Part shown: positions 25,477 through 41,830 of the stretch, one piece after another | Position numbering within the stretch: the first letter of the stretch is position 1 | Layout of the letters: each line of letters begins with the position of its first letter | Assembly: GCF_009914755.1 (NCBI RefSeq) | Contig: NC_060934.1 | Length of the DNA stretch: 64,000 nt | Direction: 5' to 3' (one strand) | Origin: the human T2T-CHM13v2.0 reference genome, Homo sapiens | The notes under the pieces: model-generated | Told to the model about the DNA's origin: nothing | Databases searched by the model: none | The model's input: the letters and a program-made list of their open reading frames with translations, nothing else | Made by a program: the position numbers and the translations under genes

Positions 25477-26413
25477 TAGTAAGTCCTTACTTAACGTGGT
25501 CAATAGGTCTTGGAACTGAGCTTAAGTGAAAGACGTATAATAAAACCACTTTTACCATAGGCTAACTGACATAAATAAGAGTGACATTCCTATGATGTAT
25601 TTCTGGTCACAGAAACATCACTGAACTTCTAAGTAAGGACCCAAAACACTTGTAACAAACAGTAAACATTGAAATCAATGTGTGCTTTATATATATTTTT
25701 TAAAGGTTAATAAAAATAAGTAGATATTTTTTCTCAATTTCTGGCGAACCACCGAGTGATGGCAGTTGTAGTGGTGGTGGGTTCCATCAAGCAATCAACG
25801 TCAGTAGATTGCAGATTGTAAGGAGCACCACTTACCATTATGCAGTTCAGAAACAAACAGTCACAAATATGTCAGCCTCACAGAGTGCTTTTGTATGGCA
25901 TCATTGTCAACAACAGCATTTGTGTGATTATCATAGTTCTCACAGATTTTTATTTTACAGTACTTTCCATTCGTTCACTTGATCCTTTTCCAACCTGCTT
26001 ATTGCAGTTCAGGTTTGCAGATGGCAGGAGCTTCTCCTGGCAGTTTTGGGTGCCAGGAGGGAACCCTATTATTATAGAGTTTCTTTGTTAATGCTGGTCA
26101 GTGATTTAATCTAAATTAGAAGTGTTTGAAAAGGATTAATTGTCCTACATCAAACTTGTAAGCAACGTCATGTACATCATGACATTGCAGGGTCACTCAC
26201 ACACACATCCACTGTTAGTCAGACTGGCACCACGTAGACACATCAGTTAATCTCATGTACAGAACTTTGGGATGTAGGACAAAAAGAAGAGTCCCTGAAG
26301 AAACCCCATACAGACATAACAAGAACATTTAAACTCCTCATAGACAGAGACCTCAGATGAGATTTGTTTTTCATCCATGTTAGAATGAAATGGCATTATT
26401 CAAGGACCTGCTA
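25477..26413 (-). mobile_element. MER6 (TcMar-Tigger non-autonomous element)
   Basis: TIRs tagtaagtccttacttaacg and ttattcaaggacctgcta; V-SINE-like segment near 26190-26345. Confidence 0.7.
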
Positions 26414-27469
26414 TCCTCACTTATTTGTTCAATACCATTCTGTGTGACCAGTCTCTTGTGTCCCTGCCCTTAGGCGAGTACTCACTCCCTCTGGGACTTC
26501 AGCATCCTTCATCAGGTTACCTCTGCTGCTTTCCCTCTGTCTTCACCCCATGCTTTCTCAGATATTTTGTGCCAAGCTGCCCTTTTACACAGAATATTTT
26601 TCCTGCTCAGGTGCTGAAAACCCATGCTAGGCTGTCCTTCTCCATCTCTGCATGGATGCCTCCTGACTCTATTCAGTTTTTGATATTTTATTCTATTTCA
26701 CCCACCATTCAGGGGTGCTCTCACTTGATTGTTAACATTGTGCAGGGTGGTGCTCCCACACTTAGGTCTTTCCCATTGTCTCCAGGCCCCAACTCCTCAC
26801 TCTGGACAACCATAGCTTTCTGTTTTATCTCCATGCTCATGAATAAAAATGCTCAGAAAGAGAAGAGAGGGAAAATGCCATATACATTTTATAATCAATA
26901 CACAAAGCTCTGCAGAGCAAGGATTTTGATTGGAATTTCATTGAGTTAGTAATTTGGGCAGAAAAGAGATAATACTGTATTCTCACACTACTAATATTTC
27001 AATTGTCTTATTAACTTAATTAATTTAAAAAAATTTCACATAGAGATCTTGCCTAGTTTAACATCTATACTCAAGTATTTGGTATAGTTGATCCTATCAC
27101 AAATTTTATTTTTATATATATTTTTTCTTTTTGTTACTTGCTTACAGAAATAAAGTTGATATTTTGTGTATTGAACTTGATTAGTTAAGCTGTCTTGCTA
27201 AACTCCTTGTTATTTTCTTATCTGAATATTTGATCTGTACAATATTTAGGATTTTCTATATACACATACCATCTGTAAATAGTAACAGTCTTCTTTGTAG
27301 TTCAAGAGGTTTTATTTCTTTTTTTTTCTACTGCAAGAATAATGTTGAATAAATGTGGGTACAATTGGTATCCATATCTTGTTGAAATTGTAATGGGAAA
27401 ACAATATATTTCAATCTCTATGTAGATAGTGGGTTTTTGTTTTCATAATATATATCTTTTAGTTTACTG

Positions 27470-28050
27470 TATGAGTTTTGCAGGACTGCATAATAGATCA
27501 CCACAATCATAACATCTTAGGACCACAGACATTTATGAGATCATGGCTTCTGTGGGTTAGAAGTATGCTCATGTCTTAACTGGGTCCTCTGCTCAGTCTT
27601 ATCTGGCTGCAATCAAGGTGTCAGCTGGGCTGAATTTTCATTTGGAATCTTGACTGGGAAAGAGTCTGCTTCCAAGGTCATGAAGTTTGCTGGCAAAATG
27701 TATGTTTTTATGACAGTATGACTGAAATCCCAAGCTATCTCCTGACTTTTAGCTGGGTAATCTCAGGCCCTAAATGTTGCCTACAGTTCCTAGAGGCTGG
27801 TCACAGTTCTTAGCCATGTGGATTTCCTCAACATGGCTGCTTGCTTCATCAAGTCAGCAAGAATAGCCTGTCATATCAGTGTATATCAGGCTCACTCAGG
27901 ATAATTTCCCTACTGATGAGCCAAACACTAACTGATTTTAGAGCTTAACTACATCTGCAAAATTCTGTTCACCAGAGGCAAGTCATATTCAGGGAAAGAG
28001 AAGTGTACAAAGTGAGAACACCAAGGTGCAAAAATCACTGGAGCTACCAT
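27470..28050 (-). mobile_element. MaLR LTR (MLT1D-like)
   Basis: ctgcaatcaaggtgtcagc, ttaactacatctgcaaa motifs; boundaries approximate. Confidence 0.6.
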
Positions 28051-28637
28051 TATAATTGTAGTAATAAAATTCTCTTCTAATACTAGGTCTCAAAGTTTCA
28101 TTGTGAATCAAAGTTCAATTTTACAAAGTAAAAATTACTTATTTTGCATCTATTGAGATGATCATTTAAGAAACCATTTGTTACTTGTGTTGAATTGCAT
28201 TACATTATTTACTCTTGTTAATCTAACCTTGCATTTGTCCGATAAACTGAACTTGATTGTGATAATACTTTGTTTTTATTCATTGCTACTTTTGGTATGT
28301 TGATATTCTGCTTAGGACTCTTTTAATCTGTCTTTTCATGTGATGATAATAAAGAGAATTTTCAATACTTTAACTCCGTGTACACTCTGCCATTATCCTT
28401 AGCAAACTATTTCTTTGCATTTTAATTCTCTTATAATTCTTAAAAACACTAGACATTTTCATAGTTTATGCATGAGACTGCCAATGTTCAAGCAATTCTC
28501 CTACTTCGGCCAGGCTAGTAGCCAGGGGGTTCTTTCTGTTTCCAAGAGCTAGCTTTAGTGCCTGTGGTAGATCTGTTTACCAGGCTCTTTTCAGAAATGA
28601 GTGGAAGATATAGAGGCATTAAGGATGGTTCTAGAGA

Positions 28638-28812
28638 AGGATTTTCCAATCTTAGCATTGTCAACATGTTGGATGGGATGATTCTTTGTGTATGGTGTTC
28701 CCTTGTACATTGTAGGATGCTTACCAGATCCTGCCCACTAGAGGCCAATAGCACCTCATCATCATAGCACCCCTTCCCTCAGTGATAATAAAAAATGTCT
28801 CCAGACATTGTT
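28638..28812. mobile_element. MER20 hAT MITE
   Basis: cattgtaggatgctt...cccactagaggccaatagcacc...aaaaatgtctccagacattg. Confidence 0.7.
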
Positions 28813-28833
28813 TAAGTTAATAAATGTGCCCAG

Positions 28834-29180
28834 AGCCCAGGCACAGTGGCTCAGGCCTGTGATTTTAGCTCTTTGGGAGACCGAGGTGGGTGGATCACTT
28901 GAGGCCAGGAGTTCCTAGAACGTTCCTCTGTCAAAAGACAAAATTACAACAATTTAAAATCTAATTGGCTGTTATTGGCCATTCTAGAATTGGTTGACAT
29001 CTCATTCTATGAAATACAATGAGTGCTCTTCAATAAGCTGAGCAGAGGGGGGTTAGCTTTATTGGCAGAAAAGGGCTAAAGAAAACAGAAAAAGAACAAA
29101 AAGTGATTGGTTGTTTCAGAGTTACTTTCCTTAAAGAGGTAAAGCACAGAGGACCCCCTTATCATCCTGGCTCAGGTAAC
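28834..29180. mobile_element. Truncated Alu left arm abutting an ERV1-type LTR fragment (MER31-like)
   Basis: Alu 28834-28915 ends abruptly; tgtcaaaagacaaaattacaac LTR-like start at about 28930; subfamily uncertain. Confidence 0.5.
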
Positions 29181-29399
29181 GGTGGTGTCACTCCACATCA
29201 GCCCTCATTTTACACGGGAAGGTAGTTGCTAATTTAACAAGATTTCATGGCCAATAAAATATTTATGATGCTTTTAGTGTTCAATGCATTTATCTTATAG
29301 TGATTTATTATAAAAATGGTATTTTATTTTCTTTTTTTGGAGGGTGTTCTGGGGCATTGTGAATCATGGAATCTCATGGTTTGTACTTGACTGGATTTT

Positions 29400-29936
<537 letters not shown>

Positions 29937-30012
29937 TCATGTGGTAGAAGGGAACACTGAAGCCATGTGAATTGGAAGGGCCACTCTTAATGGCTTATTG
30001 TTCTCCCTGCAG

Positions 30013-30135
30013 ATTTTCACCGCTATGCCTCCTTTCACTCTGGGAGTCTTCCAGAGGTCTTGCACTCGGGAGAGCATGCTCAGGTTTCCCCAGCTCTACA
30101 AAATCACCCAGAATGCCAAAGACTTCAACACAAGG
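30013..30135 (+). pseudogene. ATP8A2-derived exon, 123 nt, open
   Basis: ccctgcag|ATT ... AGG|gtaaat. Reads [41 protein letters not shown], versus ATP8A2 [41 protein letters not shown]. Confidence 0.9.
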
Positions 30136-32414
30136 GTAAATAAGGTTGATCTCAGAATTGTCACCTCAAAAAGGCCCTGCCTTCCACTGTTCAGTTCTGG
30201 TCATCTGCCTATGAGATATCTGAAGCTTGAAAGAGAACACTTGAAAATCACTGAGACCGTGACTCCCATCCCAGCACACACAGCAAGCCAAGTAGGTTAC
30301 AGAGATTTCTTCTTGGGTGATGAGTTCACGCCACATGGGGTATGTTCTCCAGTTCCAGTGTGTTGACTCCTTCCTGCTTCCCCCCATCAGCCCCTGAGGT
30401 CAATGTGGGCAGCAGCCCCCATGGTCCAAGTTCAAGATCCGCTGTGGAAGACTTTTTTAGGCAATCACACAGCCCTGCATGGAGTCCTGATGAGAGCTTG
30501 CCTAATTGTTGCTAGGTTTGTCATTTTAAATACAGTGTTTCTTTAGCTAGTGAGTAAAATTGGCTATATAGGAACTCAGGGATCACGAGTCACTTTTTTT
30601 TTTTTTTAATGAAACAGAGAATCAGCAAAGAGACCACAAAAGATATAGGTAATTCTCAGAAACCCATGCAGATGCTGAGTTGGGTGTTAAAGTTGTCACA
30701 CAGTTTCAAACTGCAGAGGGGTCTGTCACATAGATGCCTTTCACAGCTGGAAGTGGCAGAGCAGTTGGGTGACCCTACCCAAAGGAAAGATAGATGTGTT
30801 CCTGGCCAGTGCAGGGGTGAGATGTGAGCACAGCTGCATGGCCATGCTGCTGTCTTGGGTCTTTGTCGGAGGGGATTCAGAAGTTTAGACAGAGGTCATT
30901 GCCCAGATCAGTTCCAGTGCTACATGATGCTGGTGGTCATGACTTGCAAGGGTGGTTCCTGGGCCATCAGTGAGAATAACACAGGGAGTTCCCTCTCTAG
31001 GTCTCAGTGAGAGAACAGTCTCTGAGGCCCTGGCTTCTGAGCCGGATATTCCTGATGGGTACCCTTCACAGCTGCTTTCTTCTGGGAAGGCTTCCTAGTT
31101 ATATTCAAGGCTGGGAACAAAGAGAAGAGATTCTTACTGTTTCTGTTGTCTCCCATATCTAAAGATACTTAAGTGACTAATTCTATTAGTCCTTGTTGAC
31201 TGTGATTCTATTAATGGCAAAATATGACCCATTTTCATTGGATTATTTATGGCAATCCATTTTCTACAGAATTTGAATTCTAAGGCCATTTGAGGTGGGA
31301 AGTAAGTAAATAGAGCTAAGAATGCCTGGAAACCTCAGGCACTTTGAATTTTTTTTTTTTGGTAGTGAGGTCAGGGATGGTGCAAAATAAATATTTAAAG
31401 TAGAGGAAATTCCATTATGTTATAATAACATTTTTCATAATTTTATGTTGTTTTATCACTACTGAGGATCAAACTATATGATTCCCAGAACAACTTGTAA
31501 ACTTTTAAATAAATTTAAGCTGGGCTTTAACAGTTCTGTCATTGCAGTGACAAAACTATTAATGAAACTAAAGTGGGGAAATTCAGGGTAGGTGTGGAAA
31601 ACTGTGAGTAGATCAGGACTTAAAGGGTGGAAGATGGGGAAGTTTAGGAAGGCAGTTGAAAACTAAATTGTAAAGGCTTTGAGTGTGAGGTTAAGAAATT
31701 GGGACTTAATTGCTTAGGCATTGAAGGGTCAATATAGAATTTAAATTAAAAAATGTTTATGATCAGACCATTTTGGGGAAATGAGCCAAATGTGTCTTTT
31801 AAGGTGAGTAGTAGAAGGAAAACTACTGGCAGAGATTCCAGGGGAGAGTTTAGGGAGAATTAAACCCAGGAATGGGATGTGTTTGGAGAGGAGGGAGTGT
31901 GTTTTGAGAGGAGTGTCTTTGTTCGTCAAGATTGTGGCATATCTATGATGTAAGAGGCTCTCTGAGAGCACAGTGGATATAGATGTTAATACACCAGGCC
32001 CTGCCTCTCTTGCCCTCTGGGAGCTTGCCTAAGGTCAGAGTTGATGGTCAAAAATTGTGTACATATTGCTTATTTACCAATGTGATGAGTCCTGGGGTCT
32101 GTGGGTAGAGCTTATATAATAAAAGAACATAGTTTAGTAAGTTCAGGAGAATCTTCTCCAAGGAAGTGATATTGAAGTTCTTGAAAGATGAGTAGGGGGT
32201 GGCCATACAGGTCAGGGAGGTGTGGGGAAGGATTCAGAGAAGGAGCATTCATGGCCAGGATCAAGCAGAGGCATAGGACCTGAGTTGTTGTGGCTATGGG
32301 AAGTGTTTTATTGGGGATGGGGATGCCTGAACTTGACTCTCCTTTGCCAGACTCTGACGAGGGGTTCAGGACACTGAGCACCCCTCATCCTGGCCAGTAA
32401 ATATGGTAACGTCC

Positions 32415-32778
32415 TACTGTGATCTGAATGTTTGTGCTCCCAGACCCCGACATTTTATATGCTGAAACCCAAAACCATAAAGTGATGGTATTAAGAGATG
32501 GGGCCTCTTGGAGGTGATCAGGTTTTGAGGGCAAACCTCTCACAAATGGGATGAGTGCCCTTATAGAAGGGACTCCAGAGAGCTTATTGCCCCCTGCGCC
32601 ATGTGAGATATAGCAAGAAGACACCATCTATGAGGAACGGGCCCTTGCCAAACACCAAATCTGCCAGTTCCTTCATCTTGGACTCCTCAGCCTCCAGATC
32701 TTTAAGAAATTAATTCACATTGTTTATAAACCATGCAGTTTATAGTATTTTGTTACAGTAGATCAGAAAAACTAAGAC
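32415..32778 (+). mobile_element. MLT1A-type MaLR solo LTR
   Basis: tgtgatctgaatgtttgtg start, ctaagaca end, gatggtattaagagatggggcc motif. Confidence 0.8.
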
Positions 32779-35538
32779 ACTTTCCTCTCACTTTCCCTAT
32801 CCTGCTGGAGCTACCAATCAAAACACACCTCTACACATTTCTAGCATCCCCTATAAGGTGGACAGCCACCCCAGTCAAGATAACTACAGCATAGAGAGGA
32901 GATGGGGGCTAGAAAAGGGGACAAATAAGTGAGGGAGGACTTTATCACTAATACGTGGGTGGAGGGACTTCTCAATGAAGAGTTGGTGATAGGAGAGTCA
33001 CCTGGTAAGATTTGCTTCTAAAGAAGATAGGACTGCTCTGTAGAGAAAAACATACAATCTGGCAAGAGTAGGGGCTGCTATTGAGTTGAGGGGAGTGAAA
33101 GGTGGTAGGAATAAGGATTGTGAGCTCCAGAGAACTAGGATATGACAACTGATTGGAGTACTTGTTTATAGGTGTGCTGATTTGCTGTCCTAAGTATGAG
33201 TGAGTTCTTATTACACCCTTAATTGTCATTTAGAAGAATTTATTCTCCTCCCTCCCAAAAAAGCATAGAAACATGGCACCAATTCGAAATTTGAGACAAA
33301 CTGGGGTGCTGTCAAAGCCAAAGGACCCTTGTCTAACACAGGGTCACCTTCAGGCTTATTTCCTTTCACCAAGTGCTGCCTGAAGCTGTCCCTTAGATGC
33401 CTGACCACACCCTGAGCCCTACATGAGTTTTGTTTGACCAGGTACTAAAGTTGCTAAAGTGGCTTCATTTCTTCCTTTGATACTGTGTGGATCATGTCAC
33501 AAAGACAGGAAATCTTACCAATTTTCTCCGCCATCCATGCAGAGAGCCTCAAGCATAAATCAGCAATGTTCACCATGGGCAAAGCAACATGATTATTTGG
33601 AAGAAATATTTTTGAGTACGTATGGGTACATTGTTCATTCACTAGAATGCTTCCAAGAATTTCACTTTGCTTATTTTCATGTGATTTTAGAGAGAATTTT
33701 CAAAGTGCTCCTTTGATGATGGAGTTTGTGATAGTTCATTTTAAGTTTCAAAGTGAATTTTTCCACTCAAGCAATTCAGTGAATCAAATTTCTTTCAACC
33801 ATCACAGCCATATGCGTACTCCCATGGTTGCTCCTAGCCTTTGATCTAAAAACTGATTCGAGGTTAAAACTAGCATGTCACCTTTACAGGAACCCAAGTC
33901 CATTAAGATACCTGGTGTCAGGCCACACTGGAGTTTTCCCATCATGTGTCCTGTCAAGCATAGTCGAGCAACCCTCCTTGAAGTGTAATGTGGTTATTGG
34001 CAGGAGAATGAAAAATAAGTTTTGATTTTAAAAAGGAAGTTTTCAGATTGTTCTTCTTGAAATTTTAGAGGGAGGTGATGGAAAAGAGAACATAGTTACC
34101 ATAAAAAATGGCTCCTGAAAACATTTGTTCTTGATTCCCCAGAGTCCACACCATGGAAACCGATTCCTCATCTTTTAAGAATACCATATGGATACTTATA
34201 TATAGGCATGAATTAAGCAACTAGGCCTTTCAACAGTTTTGGAGAAGGCCATTTCCCACTTTTAAAATAAATAATGCTCCTATAAGATCAGGTATGTTTT
34301 ATATACTAAAATAACAGTGCACATGTATAAAATAAAACTTAGTGGTACCTCCCTCTGCTCATGGCATTGTTGGGTCATATTAGCTTAAACTATTTCCGAC
34401 CTATAGCTTATTACTGTTCACCATAATTCTCTCCTGGAAATTTTCTATTAGGTGTCAGTTTTTCAAATGAGTATTTCTTAGTCTAATTTTTTTTCCTCTG
34501 AAGTTATCTTTTTTAGTCTTTGGAGGCCATTATTCTATCCCAGTTCATGAATATAAACTCGTTTATAAAATTTACAGGTTTTTTTTTTTTACTAACTGTG
34601 TGACCTTGGACATATTTGACTTCTCTTTTCTGTACCTCATCTGGAATATGCACTTAATTACACTGTTTCAAATAGTTGTTAAAGTATTAAAGGCGCTAAT
34701 ATATGTAAGGTGCTTAAAACTGCTTGTCATATATAAGTGCTTATATAAGATGTTTTTTCAATATCTAACAATTTTGTTTATTATGTGTACATCCATAAAA
34801 TATGAAACACATTGTCCTTTTAGACAAATGCCCTTTATGTTTAATTTCTTTTAGTCTAAGAATCAACCAGCATTGGAAATACTGTTATTAGAAGGAAACT
34901 CAAAAACTTGTTAAATCATAACTGCAAAATTTGATTTTCAGCTTAGTCTCCCACAACTTCTAAATTTTTCACCAATCAAAGTTTTCTGTAGGCTCTCTTA
35001 GGGCAAATGCAAGTGGAAAGCGAAGGCACACGTTTCCACCTTTGAAATAATTTCAACTTGTATCACTTCTTACCATGTCTATCATAGCCACTCTGACCCT
35101 GCATTGTCTGATAGAACTTTCTGTGAGGATAAAAATGTGCTGTATCTGTGCTGTCCAATACAATAGCCACTAGCCACATGTGGCTATTGCATATTTAAAG
35201 TGACTGAGGAACCAAATTTTTAATAATAGCTTTATTGAGATACAACATATACCATACAATTTATTTAAAGTGTACAATTGTATAGTTTTTTAAACATATT
35301 CATAGAATTGTACAACCATTACTACAATCCATTATAGAATATTTTTATCACCTCTGAAAGAAACCCTATATTCATTAACCATCACTCTCTATTTCCCCCC
35401 AGGCAGCGCTAGTCCTTAGAAACCACTGCTCTTCTTTCTGTCTCTATAGGTGTGACAATTTCTGGACATTTCATAGAGATGGAATCATACAATATGTGGC
35501 CTTTGGTATCTGGCTTCTTCATTTATTATAAGGTTTTC

Positions 35539-35844
35539 TTTTTCTTTTTTTTTTTTTTTTTGAGATGGAGTCTCACTTTGTCCCCCAGGCTGGAGTGCAG
35601 TAGCACATCTTGGCTCACTGCAAGCGCCACCTCCGGGCTTCACGCCATTCTCCTGCCTCAGCCTCCCAAGTAGCTGGGACCACAGGTGCCCGCCACCATG
35701 CCTGGATAATTTTTTTTTGTATTTTTAGTAGAGACAGGGTGTCACTATGTTAGCCAGGATGGTCTCGATCTCCTGACCTTGTGATCTGCCTGCCTTGGCC
35801 TCCCAAAGTGCTGGGATTACAGGCGTGAGCCACTGCGCCCAGTC
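35539..35844 (-). mobile_element. Alu (Y/Sc-like)
   Basis: Full antisense Alu; near-TSD tattata(a)aggttttc on both sides. Confidence 0.93.
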
Positions 35845-36557
35845 TATTATAAAGGTTTTCCAGGTGCATTCATGTTGTAGCGTGTATCAGCACTTCATTA
35901 ATGTTTATGACCTAATAAGTTTGTATTATATTGATACAACACATTTTGCTTGCCAATTCACTGTTGGGTTATCAACATTTGGGTTCTGAACAGGCTACTG
36001 TGAATAATGAAAAATGCTATGTATTATTTTAGGCTATTATTAATAATTATGGTAATGCTGCTATAACATTTAGGACCAAGCTTTTGTATGTTTCATTCAT
36101 AAATTTCATTTCTCTTGTGTATGTACCTAGGAATGGAATTGCTAGGTCATAAGCTACCTATGTATATTCTTTTCAGCAACCACCTCACAGTTTTCCAAAG
36201 TGTGTACTATTTTACTTTCCCACTGGAAATGTATGAAAGATCTAATTTCTCTACATCCTCACCAACACTGGTTATTGTTTGTCCTTTTTTATTATAGGCA
36301 CACTATTGGGTGTTAAGTGATGTCTCCTTGTGGTTTTGATTTTGTATTTTCTTGATGGCTGGTGATCTTAGGCTTTTCTTCATGCACTTATTCGACACTT
36401 ATATCTTCTTTACAAAAAAGCCTATTTAAATGTTTTGTCTATTTTTATGTTTTTTTCTTTTCACTGTTGAGTTGTAAAAGTTCTTTGTGTGTTTTAGATA
36501 CATATTTCTAATCAAATATATAATTTGCAAACATTTTCTCCACTTTTCTGGTTGTCC

Positions 36558-36594
<37 letters not shown>

Positions 36595-36875
36595 TGAGAT
36601 GGAGTCTCACTCTGTTGCCCAGGCTGGAGTGCGGTGACTTGATCTCAGCTCACTGCAAGCTCCGCCTCCCGGGTTCACACCATTCTCCTGCCTCAGCTTC
36701 CGAGTAGCTGGGACTACAGGTGCCCGCCACCACACCCAGCTAATTTTTTGTGTTTTTAGTAGAGACGGGGCTTCACCGTGTTAGCCAGAACGGTCTTAAT
36801 CTCTTGACCTCGTGATCTGCCCACCTCAGCCTCCCAAAGTTCTGGGATTACAGGTGTGAGCCACTGCGCCCAGCC
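36558..36875 (-). mobile_element. Alu (Y-like)
   Basis: Full antisense Alu with (TTTTC)n tail. Confidence 0.93.
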
Positions 36876-37055
36876 CTCTCCTTTTATTTTCTTTGTTATG
36901 TCCTTTGAAGGACAAATGTTCTAATTTTGATGAAGCCCGGTTCATTTTCTTTTATCACTGTGCTTTTGGTGCCATATCTAAGAAACTCTTGTCAAACCCA
37001 AGGCCATAAAGGTTTATTGCTATTTTTTATCCTAAGAGTTTTATAGTTTTGCAAC

Positions 37056-37318
37056 TCAGAAATATAAAATCAAATACTGCATGTTCTCATTTAAAAATGG
37101 GAAATAAATAATGTGTACACATGAACATAGAGTGTAGAATGATAAGACACTGGAGACCCAGAAGGGCAAGAGGGTGGGAAGGGGGAGGGTGATAAGAAAT
37201 TGGTGAGTGTACATTGTTCCAGTGATAAACACACTAAAAGCCCAGATTTCACTCCTACCCAATATATCCATGTAACAAAATTGCACTTGTACTCTGTAAA
37301 TATATACAATTAAAAAAA
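37056..37318 (+). mobile_element. L1MA 3' end
   Basis: aaatactgcatgttctcatt...tgtaacaaaattgcacttgtac. Confidence 0.75.
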
Positions 37319-37689
37319 TGGTTTTATGGTTTTGGTTCTATGATTAATGTTACAATGTTTTATTGTGGTAAAAGCATATGTAATAAGCTTTGCCATTTTA
37401 ACCATTTTAAACATAAAATTCAGAGGCATTAATTACATTCAGAATGTTGTGCAATCATCACAACTATGTATTTCCAAAAATTTTTTATCACCCCAAACTG
37501 AAACTCTGTAGTCATTAAGCAATAACTCCCCATTCTCCCTTTCCTCCCGAGCTCCTGAGAGGAATAAATTTTTATGGCATTTTAATTAATTTAAATGTAA
37601 ACAACTAAATGCAGCTGGTGGCCATCATATTGGACCTCACAGTTTTAACACCACCAATATCAACCCCTGGACAGATATAATCATTTCTA

Positions 37690-38490
<801 letters not shown>

Positions 38491-38646
38491 ATAAAAGAAG
38501 AATCTTATTCATTTTAAGGCTATAATCTATGTTAGACTCAAAGAGATAGACTAATCTGTGTTAATCTATGTTAGACTCAAAGATTATTCTCCTGAATAAA
38601 TGGAAGTGTTTCTTTATTGAAGCATGCCTTTTAAAAAAGTATTGCA

Positions 38647-40035
38647 TATGGTGGATAAGCTTTTGGATGTGCTGTTGGATTCATTTTGCCAGTCTTTTAT
38701 TGAGGGTTTTCACATCGATGTTCATAAGGGATATTGGCCTGAAGTTTTCTTTTTTTGTTGTGTCTCTGGCAGGCTTTGGTATGGATGATGTTGGCCTCAT
38801 AAAATGAGTTGGGGAGGAGTCCTTTCTTTTCTTTTGTTTGGAATAGTTTCAAAAGGAATGGTACCAGCTCCTCTTTATACCTCTGGTAGAGATCGGCTAT
38901 GAATCCATCTGGTCCTGGGCTTTTTTTTTGGTTGGTAGGCTATTAAATACTGGTTCTATTTCAGAACTTGTTATGGGTCTATTCAGGGATTCAACTTCTT
39001 CCTGGTTTCATGGCGGGAGGGTGTATGTGTCCAGGAATTTATCCATTTCTTCTATATGTTCTAGTTTATTTGCATTGAGGTATTTATAGTATTCTCTGAT
39101 GGTAGTTTTTATTTCTGTGGGATCAGTGATGGTATCCCCTTTATCATTTTTTATTGCATCCATTTGATTCTTCTCTCTTTTCTTCTTTATTGGTCTAGCT
39201 AGTGGTCCATCTCTTTTGTTAATCTTTTCAAAAAAAAAAACAGCTCCTGGATTCATTGATTTTTTGAAGGGTTTTTTGTGTCTCTGTCTCCTTCAGTTCT
39301 ACTCTGTTCTTTGTTGTTTCTTGTCTTCTGCTAGCTTTTGAATTTGGTTGCTCTTGCTTCTCTAGTTCTTTTAACTGTGATGTTAGGGGGTCGATTTTAG
39401 ATCTTTCCAGCTTTCTGTTGTGGGAATTGAGTGCTGTAAGTTTCCCTCTTAACATTGCTTTAGCCGTGTCCCAGAGATTCTGGTACATTGTCTCTTTGTT
39501 CTCATTGGTTTCAAAAAACTTCATTATTTCTGCCTTAATTTCATTATTTACCCAGTAGTAATTCAGGAGCAGCTTGTTCAATTTCCATGTAATTTTGTGG
39601 TTTTGAGTGAGTTTCTTAATCCTGAGTTCTAATTTGTACATATACAAATTAGAGTACACCATGGAATACTATGCAGACATAAAAAAGAATGAGTTCATGT
39701 CCTTTGCAGGGACATGGATGAAACTGGAAGCCATCATTCTCAGCGGACTAACACAGGAACAGAAAACCAAACACTGCATGTTCTCCCTCATAAATGGGAG
39801 TTGAACAATGAGAACACATGGACACAGGGAGGGAAACATCACACTCTGTGGCTTGTCAGGGGTTGGAGGGGAAGGGAAGGGAGAGGATTATGACAAATAC
39901 CTAATGCATGTGGGGCTTAAAAGCCAGATGACAGGTTGATAGGTGCAGCAAATCATCATGGCACATGTATACCTAGGTAACAAACCTGCATATTCTGCAC
40001 ATGTATCCCAGAACTTAAAGTAAAATTTTAAAAAA
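38647..40035. mobile_element. L1PA with 5' inversion (antisense ORF2 38647-39636; sense 3' end about 39655-40035)
   Basis: ORF2 peptides on - (ORFs 39008-39256, 39228-39662) and the L1 ORF2 end/3'UTR on +. Confidence 0.88.
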
Positions 40036-40049
40036 GGATATAAGTATCA

Positions 40050-41830
<1,781 letters not shown>

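Larger units (their letters stand above)
35103..37643. mobile_element. MER3 hAT MITE split by nested L1M and Alu insertions
   Basis: MER3 left part 35103-35220 (atagaactttctgtg...gccactagccacatgtggcta) and right part about 37575-37643 (catattggacctcacag); L1MB antisense between them. Confidence 0.65.

Noticed and set aside
26425-26949. 174-aa ORF
   Set aside because: Non-ATG start, no recognisable homology, pyrimidine-rich composition; likely chance.
29344-29365. GTG TTC TGG GGC (VFWG) as the missing ATP8A2 exon
   Set aside because: Wrong order (upstream of the 30013 exon) and similarity ends after four codons.
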